A stretch of 64,000 bases of DNA, taken from the NCBI GenBank assembly GCA_965644295.1, contig CBFFRP010000036.1:62001-126000 (forward strand), read 5' to 3'. Made by a program: the position numbers and the translations under genes. The stretch comes from Paraphysomonas bandaiensis (Eukaryota > Protista > Chrysophyceae). This document shows, piece after piece, positions 62,801 through 64,000 of this stretch. The notes beneath the pieces were generated by a model. The model was not told the origin of the DNA, did not search any database, and saw nothing but the letters and a program-made list of their open reading frames with translations. How positions within the stretch are numbered: the stretch's first letter is position 1; each line of letters begins with the position of its first letter.

Positions 62801-64000
62801 AAGTAGAAGTTATCGATCAGCTTTGTCCTATTCCTCTGCTGATAGTGGAATATCAGCGTTAACGACGCCGTCGCGATTTGGTACGAATTTAGATGTCATC
62901 ACGGAACCGCCCATTTCAAATGGTAGAAATAGTGAGAAACGAGGTGGTCATGTCATCATTGATCGTCCTCATGGACAGCGATCATGGGTTGAGACAATAG
63001 GAAGCTGGGGGTCATTGAATTTAACATTGAGCTCACACGACTCCGATGAAAATGATGCTCCTGTTGAAAGTGACGATGCTCGATTAGACGCATTTTATAC
63101 TCTGCCGGAGGGTGAAGATCATGCCATTGTTAAAACAAACGATGTTCATAAAACTACCTCTGTTGGAGATATCGCCATTGTGGATGGTTCAGTTCAGGTA
63201 GGCAACCGCCCTTCTCTTTTACGAAGCATTTCGAATGGTATCGTTTCTGTTGCATCGGTTGTGCTTCGGAAAATGACAAGCGATCAAGGAATGACTGTAT
63301 CACCGGAAGACCAGCCCTACGCGCCACAAGATTATTCTCAACGTGGAGCACGGGTGAGTGAATTTGACGGGCGTGTTGATTCAATATCGTCAGATCAAAA
63401 TCTAGAAAATCTACCGAGACCGCTTTTTGTTCGTGCTTATAGGAATTCTAAAAACAGTGCCAGGGTTCATGAAGCTACTCTTGCTAGTCGACGAAGCTCT
63501 CGCAGTAGTCAGTCCAGTGTGTATTCTATATTGTCTAGTTCCAGTCGTGATTCCAAGATATCCAAGGAATTAGGAGAATTGCACGTTAGATATAGTGGAC
63601 GTCGGCGTCAGTTTAGCCAAGCAGATAGAGACAGCGTAAGAGAAAGTCGTTCGAGGGAGTGTTATGTGGCGACCCCACGTGGTACCACACCGCGCAGTAC
63701 TCCTCGTGGTTTCTGGTCTCCTCGCGGCTCTAGGAGATCAGATATATGGAAGGAAAAGGAGAGGACTCGTGTGAATATTAAGTCACTTTCGTCACAAGAA
63801 AGTGCATCCGCCAGCAGTGGTAGTTCTGGGACTCGGAGTTCCCACTGGCGTAGTGTGTTGACGAGAAGCAGTGATACCTCTATCACTCGAGAGAACGTGA
63901 TATGGCCCAGTGATGGATCGGCTACGACTTGGAGTACTGATGAACGGAATACACAGAGAAAATATTCAGTTGCTGATTCTATTTTTACGACAAGTAGTTC
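50841..64000 (+). CDS. Giant polycystin-1/REJ-like multi-pass receptor (EGF-like repeats, PT stalk, REJ, EGF, GPS-like, multiple TMs); 3'-incomplete
   Basis: Signal peptide and 4 EGF-like repeats ending S.ERCAIWH-like; intron 51473-51586; the reading frame is consistent at every point I sampled from 51587 to 64000. REJ-like motifs (AKISGG..LVLNASLSYE...LRYEWEC; NAAPSGGKFIVLPEVGISLSTTFEF...WSD..GNYPLTYQFSY); CSGNGVC; TM at about 59280-59340; RRHHRWIRVF motif; further TMs 60150-61730. Confidence 0.85.
52260..54260 (+). repeat. Coding minisatellite, 39-bp (13-aa) units in a 273-bp higher-order repeat
   Basis: The PTIEDDSGAPSAN unit starts at 52356, 52629, 52902, 53175, 53448, 53604, 53877 and 54150. 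Confidence 0.93.

Overview
Eukaryotic nuclear DNA (about 40% GC, short GT-AG introns), most consistent with a stramenopile or ochrophyte-type protist; the taxon is inference only. The left 18 kb holds housekeeping genes in divergent pairs: Zn-ribbon protein/WASH1, minimal CtIP-Sae2/FAM221, and PX-BAR sorting nexin/MLF. Three related Ty1/copia LTR retrotransposons have clear LTRs and 5-bp TSDs: one internally wrecked, one with TA...TA termini and an RNase H deletion, and one apparently intact. There is also a probable solo LTR and several 3' remnants of a non-LTR retrotransposon family. Two giant membrane-protein genes dominate the rest: a ~5,200-aa lectin-like/PT-repeat/LRR single-pass protein, and a >4,300-aa EGF/PT-repeat/REJ polycystin-1-like protein whose second exon is missed by the ORF track and runs off the window end. 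The most unusual signals are in the copia lineage: a start codon built from the LTR end plus the PBS, an extra conserved domain after integrase, a covarying 3'-UTR stem-loop, a shared 12-bp target sequence, and a foldback in the defective copy. All assignments are by eye, with no database searches.
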